NCBI RefSeq assembly: GCF_009914755.1
Contig: NC_060927.1
Strand: one strand, 5' to 3'
From: the human T2T-CHM13v2.0 reference genome, Homo sapiens
DNA length: 64,000 nucleotides
Below the pieces are notes generated by a model. It was given only the letters and a program-made list of their open reading frames with translations, searched no databases and was not told the DNA's origin. This document shows positions 29,699 to 45,120 of the stretch, one piece after another. A program made the position numbers and the translations under genes. Every line of letters starts with the position of its first letter. The first letter of the stretch is position 1.

Positions 29699-30421
29699 AT
29701 ACCTCTATGTGTTACCCTTTAAAAACCATCCAGCACAAATATGTAAGATTGTAGAAAATGTATAAACTGAATATATGTATTATCTTATAAATACAAAAAA
29801 TGCTTTGAAATTATTTCAAATTAATAAACTAATTTTGCATGTTAAGTGCTATAGAATGTTTATGATCATTTAAAACCCTATGAAAAACTGTACTTCTAAT
29901 GCACTTCTAAGATTATCTTGCCATTATTTTTAATATAAAGAAACGACAGCCATACATTTACTTTGTTAAGCTACTAATATAATCCTTTACCCAATACTGA
30001 AAATCTTCTGGTTTCTATTCAATCTATTTACTTCTTTTCCAACTCATTTAGAAAGAGTAATGAATCACCTCTAATTTAAAAAGGGGAAAGAAGATTAAAA
30101 ACAAATATGCTTACATGTATACTGTTCTCTTTCTAGTATGAGTGGGCTGTCTCTTCCAGTTCTCTTTATATAACATACTACATAAAATTAGGATTAACTT
30201 GCAGCTGATGTGAAATAGCTCTTTGGTTATGTCCAGACATTTGTGGAACTACAGCACTGAGCAACTGGCCAAGATAGCATTAAAAGGTAATAATATTGAT
30301 TTATAATATACTGTTTAAAGTCCTGAAATCATGCTGGATATTCCTTGTGCAAACTTGTGTATATTATTTATTAACAATGTATAGAATAATTTTTCATCAT
30401 CTGCATCTCATATGGGATATG

Positions 30422-30473
30422 TAACCAGTGGGATATAAAATATTTCATAACCAGTGGGATATAAAATATTTCA
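30422..30473. repeat. 26-bp tandem duplication
   Basis: taaccagtgggatataaaatatttca x2. Confidence 0.93.
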
Positions 30474-30689
30474 TTATATCTATATTTGTATCTTTGTTTA
30501 TCTGAGAATGAAATACCTTGAATATATTGGTGGTTTACGAGTCATAGACAAATTGTTTCTTTTGCAACTCTTTAATCTGAGCTTGGATATTTCAGAACTT
30601 TTTAATTGTGTCTATGTATTTTGTATCTCTTCCTTGGAAAACAAATCATAAGTTTTGAAAACTATATTTTAAAAAATGTAAATCTTAAC

Positions 30690-33015
<2,326 letters not shown>

Positions 33016-33024
33016 TTTTGGTGA

Positions 33025-33490
33025 CTTACTAGTCACGATTCTCCAGAGAAATAGAATTGGTAGGATGTAGCTAGTTGGGTAGATGGATGGGTGGGTGGAC
33101 AGATAGACAGATAGGCAGATTGATTGATTTATTTTAAGGAACTGGCTCATGTGATTGTGGAGGCATGGTAAATCCAAAATCTGACCTGGGAGGCTGATTG
33201 GCTGGAGACTCAGGAGCAGTTCAAGTCCAAAGACAGTGAGCTGGAAAACCAGGTACAGCCAATGCTGCAGTTGAAGTCTGAAGGCAGTCTGCTGGAGAAT
33301 TCTCTCTTGTTTGGGGAGATCAGCCTTGTGTTCTATTGAGGCCTTCAACTAATTGGATAAGGTCAGCCAATATTATAAAGTACAATATGCTTTATTCAAA
33401 GTCTACCAATTAAATCTCATCCAAAAGCATGCTCATGGAAACATCCAGAATAATGTTAGACCAATTATCTGGGCACTAAATGAACCACCA
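33025..33490 (-). mobile_element. MLT2 (ERVL) LTR
   Basis: ttctccagagaaa...ttttaaggaactggctcatgtgattgtggaggc. Confidence 0.82.
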
Positions 33491-34692
33491 CAGTAACCAG
33501 TGAAGGGTTCCTTTACTGACAGTTCAAGAACAAAGGGAATAACATCTGTGGCTTATTAAATAGCACTGCCGGTCATCCGAGCACAGACAAATATTATCTA
33601 ATGATCATTTATTTAATTTAAAAATACTCTTAGAACATATTCATTTAAGAACGTGTAAAAATACTTTAAAGGAAGGAAGTAAAATTCAATTGAATGAAAG
33701 CAGTACTTTTGACCTTTGCTATTTAGATTATTTTCCAGTGTTAATTCTTTTTTTTTTTTTTGCAATGCATTCTCTCTCTTAGAAGCAGCTGAAAGTGTGC
33801 CAATTAATTACTTTTCATTTTAGTTCACAATGAGTTTTTTCTTTATTTTCATAACCTCATGCTAATTTTCTACTTCAGTGAATTTAAGACAAAACAAAAT
33901 GAATCTATTTCAAATAGGCAAAAATTAACCCAATATTTCTTTTTCTATTAAGAGGCACAAAACCCTTTTAAACTTTCATCTATTGTTAATTTATATATTC
34001 AAATTTTAGCTTATAACAAAGGTTATCACTCCTCTATCATTTCAATTTGTTTTCGGCCACCTTCTCCATCATTTCAATGATAGTACTAGTTTGAATAGTC
34101 CAAGGTTATGAAATGCTATGTCATCACAGTTTGACAACATCAAGTTAGGGTGGTGGCTTGCAAGGCCAGATTACTGCCATTAATGGCCTAATAGTAGTCA
34201 GTTTATTGCCATGGTCACCATTCACCAGAATGTTCCTCCTTCCCGTAGTGTGGTTACCATGCACCAGAGTTGCCCCCTTCTGCTAACTATGTGGAAGATT
34301 CTGAAATTTATCATATTCAGATATAGAAGCTTTATTTGTCGTTACACACTGGCAAGAAATATAAAATAGTATCAATTGTGGATATTCAGGGAAGATATAT
34401 AGCTTTCTGATAATCTCATTGCCTGGGCTTGATATTAAGTGCATCTACTCCCTAAGATCAACAGAATTTGCAGCCAGAAATTTTCTTCACAACGTCGATT
34501 TTTAAATCTAGAATCACTGAGTGCTGAAAGATGATTCATGCAGATATATGATGTTACGCCTGTTCAGATATTCTTACGATACCAAATAATCTCACTGTCA
34601 GAACATGTATCTGCTGGATTCAGAGGCTTTCTTGCCTGAATAGACTTAGACGTCAATGCCACATTTTTGTTGCTTGGTTTCCTTTTTGAAGA

Positions 34693-35085
34693 CTGTATTA
34701 GTTTGTTACGGCTGTAATAATAATATAGCACACATTTGGGATGGCTTAAGCAACAGAAATGTATTATCTTACAATTATGGAGGCTAGAAATCTGGGACAA
34801 ACGTGTGAGGAGGGTTGGTTTCTTCTGAGGCTTAGTCCTCTCTCCTTGCCTTGTACCTAGCTATCTTCTCCCTTGTCTTCACATGGTCTTCCCTCTGTGT
34901 GTTTCTTTGTCCCAATCTCCTCTTATTATAAGGACACAAGTCATATTTGATTAGGGCCAACCATAATGGCCTCGTCTTAAAATAATAACCTCTTTAAGGG
35001 CCTGATATCCAAATATAGTCACATTCTGAGGAATTTGGGGTTAGAACTTCAACATAGGAATTTAAAGGGCACACAATTCACTACA
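34693..35085 (-). mobile_element. MLT1B-like LTR
   Basis: tgtattagttt...cttattataaggacacaagtcata...cacattctgagg. Confidence 0.82.
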
Positions 35086-36009
35086 GAGACCCCAGAAGAT
35101 TATCTCTGTTCTTTAGAGGTAGTCATCTTTAAACGTGGTTTGATATAATTGTCTAAGCAAGAATTGTGTTCAAAATGGACAAAAGATAAATCTATATCAC
35201 ATAATCTAAGTATAATTAAAACACTGCATTTCTATAAAATTGAGACTTGCTGTATTGACCAAAAACATTACCAGCAATAAGTTGTAATGCTTTGGAACAC
35301 AACTTTGTCGTGTTATTTAAAACTAATCAGTTACAAATTGTAAGAATTTGATTCATTGGTAATCATTAACAGGAATTTATATTTATCTATAGATGAAGTA
35401 AATTATACATGAAGTCCTACTTAGAAAGTGATGGCTCACTGTGTTTTTCTATTTTTTGACAATATTATCTTCTGACTATTACATACAAAACCAATGTAGA
35501 AAATGTGGAACAGAGTCAGCAAGTAGAGCATAGTTGAAGATGTGATCAGAGGTGTAAGAGGCAGGTGCATTCGGCGACAATTTCTGCAGGGGAATGTAAG
35601 AAGTTTGGCTTTTACTCTGTAATGACAACCCCATGGCAGTTTTTAGGACATAATGGTGACCACAGAGTAGACTTTGAATAAAAAAGAAAATAAAAATTAC
35701 TAATACCTTCAAATGTTCACTCATATGAAGTACTAAAATTTGGTAATTAGGCAAGTGTGTAAAATAAGTTGATACAGCTGTATAAACGTGTGTATATAAA
35801 ATATTTTCTGTAGGACAAATCATCTGTTATACAATCATGCTATTCATAAATGTCAATAGTAGCCACAGATTTTTAGATAGACTAGTCACTGAAACAGTTT
35901 GGGTAATCATACAAGAGTTACATATCCAGAAGTTACTGAAGGAATTCAGTGGAGTCAAGACACCAAGCAGAAAGCTAAAAATGTTATCAAACTCTGGGAA
36001 CAATTTGCA

Positions 36010-36442
36010 TTCCCCCATTCCTTCAAAGGATATATTGAAGTGCTAATCCCCAGTGCTTCAGGATCATTGTAGATGTAATTAGCTACGATGAACTCATACT
36101 GGAGTAGGGTATGCACTTAATCCAATATGACAGGTGTCCTCATAAAAAAGGCCATGTGGCCATGTGAAGGCAGAGACACACAGCGAGAATGCTATGTGAC
36201 AACAGAATCATAGGCAGAGTTACGCAACTGCAAGCCAAGGAATGGCAATGATTGACAGCAAGTCACCATATGCTAGAAATAAGCAAAGAAGAATTCTCCT
36301 ACAGACTTCTGTGGGAGCTCAGCCCTGCCTACACCTTAATTTTAGACTTCCAGCCCCTAGAACTGTGACCGAATACATTTGTGTTGTTTTAAGCTACCCA
36401 GTTCATGGTAGTTTGTTATGGCAGGCCAAGGAAAATAACACA
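36010..36442 (+). mobile_element. MLT1C-like LTR
   Basis: tccaatatgacaggtgtcct...caagccaaggaa...agacttccagcccctagaactgtga. Confidence 0.8.
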
Positions 36443-37007
36443 GGATCTAAAGTGCTTCTCCAGGGAGTACTTTGTCATTTATGATAACATCTATTTAAGT
36501 GAAGGTTACAACTCTGCTGAAACAGAATTGTTTCCTTCTAGCCCAACTTTACCTCTTAAAGGCAGAACTGGTCTAACAAATATGTAGTGTTACCTGATGT
36601 GGTACTGCTACTTGGATAAGAAAAACAAAAACAAAAACAAACAAAAAACCCCAAGAATAAGGAAACTCCAGAAATAGATATACACATGTATGGAAATTTA
36701 GAATATGGTAAAACAGGTATCTAAAAATTGAGGTATATCAATTGGATTAGGCAACAATCAATATTTGTGGAACTAAGTGGCCATCTGGAAAACTATTAGA
36801 TATATATTTCATAATTTACAACAAAATAAATCCAAATTTTACCATAAAGTGTGAAAAAAAATATAAAAATAATTTTCATTCTACCTCACCCAAAAGGCAG
36901 CCTGTTAAAACAAAACAGAAAATTTAGGACTATAAAAAATACTGATAAATCTCACAATATTAAAGAAAAATCTATGCTAAATATGCAAAGGATAGATGAA
37001 AAATGAG

Positions 37008-37522
37008 TGTGATGATTACTGTTATGTGTCAACTTGATTGGGCCATGGGGTGCCCAGATCTTTGGTTAAACATTATGCTAGGTGTATTTTTGAGGGTGTT
37101 TCTAGATGGAATTCGATTTGACAAACTGAATAAGGCAGATTACCCTCCCTAGAGTGGGTGGGTCTCATCCAATTCCTTGACGGCCTTAATAATATCAAAA
37201 GGCTGAGTAAGAAATAATTCTCTGTCTCTGCCTGACTGTCTCCAGCTGGGACATTGATATTCTGTCTTCAGAGTCATACACAGATTGGAATTTATGGCAT
37301 CAGCTTTCCTGATTCTCAGGCCTTCAGATTTGGACAGGAGCTACACATCAGTTCTCCTGGGTCTTCAGCTTGCCAGCTGCAGATCTTAGGATATCAAAGT
37401 TTCCAAGCCTCCATAATCATGTGAGCCCATTTTTTAAATAAATTATATCTCTCTGTCTCTGTCTCTATTTCTCTGTTAATTTTCTTATGGCTTCTCTTTT
37501 TCTGGAGAACCTGATAGATACA
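37008..37522 (+). mobile_element. MLT2B-like LTR inside old L1ME sequence
   Basis: tgtgatg...ttatgtgtcaacttgattgggcca...tctggagaacctga. Confidence 0.85.
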
Positions 37523-37564
37523 ATGAGTTAAAAAAATCCAATTTATTGACAAAATTCAGAACTT

Positions 37565-37770
37565 TATATATATATATGTGTGTGTGTGTGTATATGTATA
37601 TATGTGTGTATATATGTATATACACACATATATACATATACACACACACACATATATACATATATATACACATATATACACACATATATACACATATATA
37701 TATACATATATACACACATATATACATATATATATATACATATATACACACATATATATACCTATATACT
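37565..37770. repeat. (TA)/(TG)/(CA) compound microsatellite
   Basis: Seen directly; source of several spurious ORFs. Confidence 0.95.
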
Positions 37771-39144
37771 TCTGTAAGTCAATAAGAACTTAGCAACATG
37801 GTCAAAAATGAGCAAAATATCATAAAAATTAAAAAATAATGGAAAAGAATGGAAAATAAAATGTAAATATTTGTATTTACATTTTATTTGTATAAAAGAC
37901 TTTGAACATCTTTTATAAGATAAATTTGAATTTAAAATAAAACAAGTTACCATTTTTCACCTCTCAGGTTGACAAAGATCAAATATTTGACATTATCTAT
38001 GTATTCAAGAATTAACATAAGAGATACTGCAATAAAGTGAATATACTGGTATTTTCTGTACAAAGGGTAATTTTGCTATAGGCTCCAAATTAAAAGTATA
38101 CATATCCTATGATTGAATAATTTTATATCATAAAACTATATTCATATTTTTAAAATAATGATGTATTTTTGGCCTTATTTATTGCAACATTATTTTTCAT
38201 AGAAAATATCATCAATGAATGTTCAGCAACAGAAAATTGATTAAATAATCTATTGTACACTATGATAAGCAATGACATACTCTATATCTGTAAATAAACT
38301 AAGAAAAAGTTAGCTTAAAGAAAACTGATTTCCTTTAGCATGATTGATAATGAATCAGTTATGAAGCTCTTTTAGGACTAATACGGAAAAACTTATAAGT
38401 TATGTTGCTATCACCAAAGAAAAGCAAGGTGTGCTACAGTGTACACACTGTATGCTATTATTTGTAAAATAAGGACACATGGAAAACACACATATAGTTT
38501 TATATATACGCACACATAAACATGTGTATATGTGCATATACACATATATATGTGTGTATATATATATATTTAATTGCTGATGTGCATCTGTGACTATATA
38601 TGTGTTTATATCTAACAACATGCCAACAAAATTGGTGACTATAGTTTTGCTCTTCTTAGAATAGGAAGTTCTTGGGCTGAGCAAGAAATACAAAAATTTT
38701 TATTGTGTCCAGTTTTCTATGTATTTTTAATTTTTGATATCTATAAGTGTCCAGTTTTCTACATATTTTTACTTTTTGTATCTATATGTATACTAAGTTT
38801 TAAGTGTTCAGCATAATGTGGATAATGGCATATATCTTTCTCAAATTCAGACTCAATTATTTTGCATTCCTCAAATAGAGAGGTTTTCATATGACCCTTT
38901 AATTGTACTCACCTGGGACTGAGAGACTTTGATAAAATAAACAGAAAGTGAGTAATATAAAGAAAGCAAGCTTTTGCATAAAATGGAAATAATGTGGAAT
39001 TGAAAAATATTGAAACAGGGAAATTACCCAGTGGCATGTATTAACAGGTTTTCCCAACATGACTACCATAGATTATTGAAATAAGAGAATTCACCCACTA
39101 CAATGATATCACATATGGTCCACATTCCTACTTGCATTACCTAT

Positions 39145-39518
39145 TGATATGGTTTGGCTCTGTTTCCCCATTCAAATCTCAGCTTGAATTTCAATAATCC
39201 CCCACATGTCAAGGGCAGGACCAGGTGGAGGTAATTGGATCATGGGGGGCTGTTTCCCCCATGCTCTTCTCTTGATAATGAGTGAGTCTCATGAGATCTG
39301 ATGGTTTTACAAGCCTCTGGCATTTCCCCTGCTTCCACTCACTCTGTCCTGCCACCCTGTGAAGAAGGTGCCTCCTTCTCCTTTGCCTTCCACCATGATT
39401 GTAAGTTTTCTGAGGCCTCTCCAGCAATGCAGAACTGTGAGTCAATTAAACCTTTTTCCATTATAAATTACCCAGTCTTGGGTATTTCTTCATAGCAGTG
39501 TGAGAATGAACTAATACA
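39145..39518 (+). mobile_element. THE1D-like solo LTR
   Basis: tgatatggtttggct...ctaataca. Confidence 0.9.
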
Positions 39519-41758
39519 CTTGTCCTAGCCTTGAATCATTCATAAATAGGTAGAGAATAAAGGCATATACAAGAGCAGAATTTAATCCTTGTCCAAGAGA
39601 AATTTCCTTGAAAAAAGAATCAAAATATCATGTCCCAGGTTAAAACTGGTACACTGTCTACCACTTTTCCCATCAAGATGTGAGGTTTATTCTTCTTTCA
39701 CTTGAATGGGGATTGGCTCTGTGACTGTTTCACCAATAAAAAAACATAGTTAACAAACTAAGCCAGTTTGTTAATGCTACTGGCAATCTCTGATCCTTCT
39801 TTCTTAGCATACATGCTTTGGGAAAAGCCAGCTTCAGTGTAAAGGATTTGAATACACTAGACTAGCATGCTGTGAGGAAACCTAAGCTAGCCACATGGAG
39901 AAGCCACATGAAGGGATCACGTGGAGGGACAGAGAAGTAGGGGGAGAGAGAGAGAAGAAAAAACCCTTAAACCTCAGATGTTCCAGGCATCCAATCTGTG
40001 TTTCTAGGCATATACGTAAGGAACACACCTTGCCTATTCGCTCAGTCAAGCTTACACATGACTCTGGTCCTATTTGCCTTCTATCTGGAACCACACAAGA
40101 AACCAAAAGCATCAAATATCCACCTGAGACAATTAACCATCAGAAATATGAGAGATGATGACAAATTTTGGCTTTGAGAGATTGTGTGTTATATAAGGTT
40201 TGGGGGTGATTTGGTACAAAGATATAGATAATGAGAAAAGAAATTACTTTGTGAGAGTGAATTGCTACTGTGAATTTTTTTCCTTAATGAAGATATGTGA
40301 GATTGGCTTGGGAATGGGCAGCAGGCCTGTTTAAAAGGCCTTAAAAAGACTGTTCATAAATGACAGGTAGCAATTTGTTATGAGGCTATTTACAAAAATG
40401 TGTTTTTTAGTGACAAAAATTGGTTATACCCTCATGTGTGGTAAAGTGGAAGTAGAATACATTTCTGCTGAATTTGTAGACTTGGCTAAGTAGATTTCAA
40501 GGTAAAACTTTATGAAGTCCATCTGGTTTCTTGTAGCTCTGCTTGATAATGTACAGGTAGAGAGAAAAACTGAAAAAGGAAATGTTCTGTCTCAAAGTAG
40601 AAAATAGAGAAATTATTTCTGAGGCAGCATTTGTTGTGTTCAGAAATGAAATGTTTTCTAATCTCCAATCTCTCCCAGGAAAATACTCTTAAAATAAAAA
40701 ATGTCTTGAGGGCAACGAATGAATTCGGGACACTGGTCATGTTTTCAAGAATGACACTCTGAGACTCTCAGTTAAACCCTCAGAAACATGTAATGCAGTG
40801 GTTCATAAATCCTCTCTGCTAGACAAGCAGTCCTGTAATATTCTCAAGGGTATTGCCCTAAGATGCTCTGACTTGGGTGACTTGTCTAATGAAGTGGATT
40901 ATAATTTAAAGTCCAAAAATTTTTAAAGTAATTTTACCTATTTTGGCTAATTTATGTATAAATTAAGGTCACCATCTTCTATGGGTGCAGTTTGTGGTGC
41001 CCTAAAACAATTACAATAGTAGCATCAATTTTTCATGGGCGGAAGCAGGCTATGAAATCTATTTAGCATGACAGAAAGAAAGATAAAGAAAGAAAAGAGA
41101 GAAAGGGAGAGGAGAGGGAGGGACAGAAGCAAGGAAGTAGGACCATTTAATATGCAAAAAATATGACTCCAAAAACAGAACTTAGCAGGCGGAATGAAGA
41201 TCCACATAGAACCACCCTCCCAGAGCAGGACTGGGCGCTAATCAAGGAACAAGTGACATGAGACTGACTATATTTTAGAATTCCCCTGGACCTGTGACTT
41301 CTCCATGCCTTCCTTTTTCTCCTTTGTTTAGAATAAGAGTCATCTACTGCAGGTTCCCACGTCTCTTCCCTTTGTATGTCAGGTGTGAGGAGGACAGATG
41401 ACTTGCTCCTATAGTTTGCAACTTTAGGTAAACAGAAATAATACTTAAGAATCCAAATACGAAAAATTGTTCCAAAATAGCCTTATTGTCACCTGGAGCT
41501 GGTTTAAATGACAAGATCTGGGAACTAAAAACTGAAATTGACTTCATTACAGGATGAAATTTTGGGAATTTTAGGAGGGGGTGAATGTATTTTGCATTTA
41601 CAAGAAATGCAAATAATGTATGTCCAGAGGGTAGGTTAAAGATGGATGTCCTCCACCAAAAGCTGAATTTGCCTCAGACCTGTGACTACTCTATAACTAA
41701 CAGAATGTGTCCGAGCCTTGCTGTGCCAGTTTCAGTTCTAGCATTTGAGAGTAAGTGG

Positions 41759-41870
41759 GGAGGGGCACAGTGGATCATGTCTCTAATCCCAGTGCTTTGG
41801 GAGGCTGAGGTGGGAGGATAACTTGAGCAACACAGCAAGACCTTATCTCAAAAAAAAAAAAAAAGAAAAA
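41759..41870 (+). mobile_element. FLAM/Alu monomer with internal deletion
   Basis: taatcccagtgctttgggaggctgaggtgggaggat...aacacagcaagacc followed by an A tail. Confidence 0.85.
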
Positions 41871-42057
41871 TGAAAACAGAATGAAGAGTAACAGGGACTT
41901 CTGTTTCCTAATGTCTAGGAACACTGGGGAGTAGCCAACTGCCAAGTTTAAAGTCCTATTGACCTGAGAGTAACTCCCTGCAAAAGAGCCCAAGACTGTC
42001 ATATGGAATGGCCTCATAGAGCAAGAGAGAGAACCCAATTGTTCCACTCCTTACATT

Positions 42058-42539
42058 AGAATTAGTTTCTCATTGCTGCTATAACAAATTACTGCAAATT
42101 CAGTGGCTTAAAACAACACAATTTATTATCTTAAAATTGTGAAGATCAGAAGTAAAAATGTGTAACTGTAGGCTAAAGTCAAGGTGTCAGTAAGGCCGAT
42201 TCCTTCTGGAGACTTTGAGAGGTAGGTCTCTTTCTCTGTCTTTTCTAGAATCTAGAGGCTCCCTGCATTTCTTAGCTCCTTAGGCCACTTCCCAATAATG
42301 GCATCTCTTCAACCTCTGCTGCTTAGTCACACCTTTTATTTCCCCCCTCTGTCTTGCCCCTCTCTTTTAAGGACCCTTGTGATTATATCAGTCCACCCAG
42401 ATAGTCCAGAATATTCTTCATTTTAAGATCCTTTAGATAATCACATGTGGAAAATCCCTTTTGTGAAATATTCACATGGTGCAGGGATTATTAGGTATGC
42501 CATTTATTTCTGGTGTGAAAGGGGCACTATTCTACCACA
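42058..42539 (-). mobile_element. MLT1C/D-like LTR
   Basis: attgctgctataacaaattac...ggcttaaaacaacac...ctaccaca. Confidence 0.8.
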
Positions 42540-43899
42540 CCATCTGAAGTTCCAGACATGTATGTTGCTATGAAAGCTGTCTTGGCTCATCTGGCCAATT
42601 CGAGCCTTCAAAAGACTGCAGCTTTAGCCATCATCTGAGAGCGAACACATTGCAGATCATACACAAGAACTGTTGGGCTGAGTAAAATCTACAGAAATAT
42701 AAAAGTTAGTATTAAATTTTTTATTCTAAGCCTTAGCTTGTGGTTGTTTGTTATACAGCAATAAATAACCATAATTCTGTAATTGATAAGACCAGGATTT
42801 CCTAACTACGTATCCGGGAAAATAAAAAAGGCTGTATACTGGGTCAAGGTAAGTTGGGTTGGGAATAAAGAGGAGTGCTTCCTCGGGATTCTAAATACTG
42901 ATAGTGCATATGCAATCATTCCCAGTCACTGTGATAAAGGTTGCAGGGTTCCAAAAGCCTATCTGTGGATGTGGGGTAAAAGGAAGCACTACATACACAA
43001 ATTGCTAACATGTATTCCAAGGAATTTGTTGTAATTTCAATGATGGAATACTATTGATGTGTACATAATGAATATGTTTTTTTAAATGCCACTCTTATCT
43101 AAATGAACAGGTTATAATATCTTCCTTCCTGATATTTAATTGGTTTTGTGGAGTGAGGTTGCATCAAAGATACAGACTGTGGATAATATGAAACATTGCA
43201 AATTCTCTGACAGACTTCTAATTGTTGTTCAATGTCTGTTTTGTGTTACTTTTTATGATAATAGTTGAATGTTGCTCATACACCTAAGCGTGGACTACAA
43301 TTTCCAGCTCCTTTCATATCATGTGATAAAAGCTGGGTTGGTACATGCCACTTTTGCGTCTTGATTGTAACATATGGATGCTCTTCTTTCCTTTCGTTTT
43401 CCTTTTGTGCATATAGATATGGATACGGAAGACAGTGTCCACATGAATAGGAGACTATTTGGTGAGGAGATAAAAAGAGCTTGGGACCCTTACAGTCTTT
43501 CTGAAATTGAGATAATCCTCCAAATAGAGCCACTAACTTCCAGACTATGAAGTAAAAGGAAAAACAGCAACAATAACAAGAACCTTCTATCTTATTTAAG
43601 CCATTACATTTTATAATCACTTTTTGTTGTTGTTCTTGTTATTAAGGTAAAAGCTAAGTGAGGTAAAAGCATAGTAGTTAAGATAAAAGCTAAGTTTACC
43701 CTAACTACTATAAACCTGGAGGAAGATTTATTCTCACCATTACATACTCTTGGAGAAATAAAAAGTAAGACTTTTATTGCAAAAATGGTGACTGCATAAA
43801 TCTTGTATTATAGCCTTGGTTAGCTAGTAAGCAAGAACAGCAACGAGATGAAATTACATAAAGAGAACAATAGTCATTTCTCCAGATATGTGATTGTGA

Positions 43900-44432
43900 C
43901 TGTATTAGTTCTGAATTCCTGTGTAAGAAGATACTCTAAAATGTAGCAGCTTAAATGACAAACATTTCTTATCTCTCAATTTCTGTGTCAAAAATCAAGG
44001 CATAGCTTAGTTGGGTGTTTCTGACCTAAAATTTTCTATAGATTGTAGCAAGCTGTTGACCAGTAATCAAGCATCTCAAGTCTTGACTAGGTCTGAAGGA
44101 TTCACTTCTATGCTCACTCATAGCTTCCTTTGTTCCTCCTGGGCTTTAGGGCTAAGGCATCAGTGTCTCACATGGGCCTCTGCATAGGGCCATTCACAGC
44201 AATGTAGCACCTTGCTTCTCCCAACACTAGAGGTAGAAGAAAGGAGAAACAACAATACAGAATCTAATATCTTTACAGACATGACTTCAGAAGTGAAGTG
44301 TCATCACTTTGCTGTAATTTTTAGAAGCCAGTCAGTAAGTTCATTCCATCTGCCACAGAAGAAGTTTCTACAGGAGAATCGATAGCAGAAGACAGGGATC
44401 ATGGGTGGCCATCTTAGAGGCTGCCTTTCACC
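43900..44432 (-). mobile_element. Old MLT1 LTR
   Basis: tgtattagtt...ggccatcttagaggctgcct. Confidence 0.65.
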
Positions 44433-45120
44433 CACCGTAGAAAGCAAAGTTTAGCAAACTCAAGGAAAATGTCTTTTTAGATAGAACTTACTGACAGCTT
44501 CTTTTTCATCTCTTTTGCAAAGATAGAGCAATCTGCTTTTCCACCAGAAGGAATGCCGCACATTGTTACAGGCCTGCCTCAAGTACGCTTATTATTTCTT
44601 ATTATTTTCTCAAGTAGTAAAGAATTTTCTAAACTAGTAAAGAATTCTGATAGAGATGTTCATCATTTGTATGGTTATCCATTATGCTGATAATAAGGTA
44701 GTAAGTTGGACAGAGGCAGAAAAGCGTTTTGATCTGGTAAAAGTATCAAAACATATTTTTAGTTTGTCAGATTGTTCTGATTAAAATATAAGAATATGTG
44801 GATCATTTCACAAATTACCTTGCTATGTCTACCTTGGACTGGAGCTGATAGGCCACTTAGGGATAGTCTAGCAAGGTAAACCATAAATTGTTGATCACTG
44901 AAAACATTCAGAGATGAGAATGAAACACAGAGGTAGTAAGAATATTTAGAGTTTGAAGAAATAATTTCTAAGACCTACACCAATTATTAGAACCTAAGTA
45001 CCAATTTAAAAGATAATAAAGTGTTTTTTTTAAACTGAAGTGAACAGTGTTGCAGTGGTCATTGGGTGAATCTATAAAACTTTTAGAGCAAGCATCCCTT
45101 ATGCATCTCGTGGAGCCCAG

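Larger units (their letters stand above)
39640..42775 (+). mobile_element. Decayed MLT1 (F/G-like) provirus: LTR, internal segment, LTR, with nested insertions
   Basis: Two related MLT1-like LTR remnants (about 39640-40240 and 41620-42775) around MaLR-int-like sequence. Confidence 0.6.

Noticed and set aside
38706-38790. Small tandem duplications (also 22619-22653, 30422-30473, 50728-50750) as a CRISPR-like or programmed array
   Set aside because: Two-copy slippage duplications without spacers, in eukaryotic DNA
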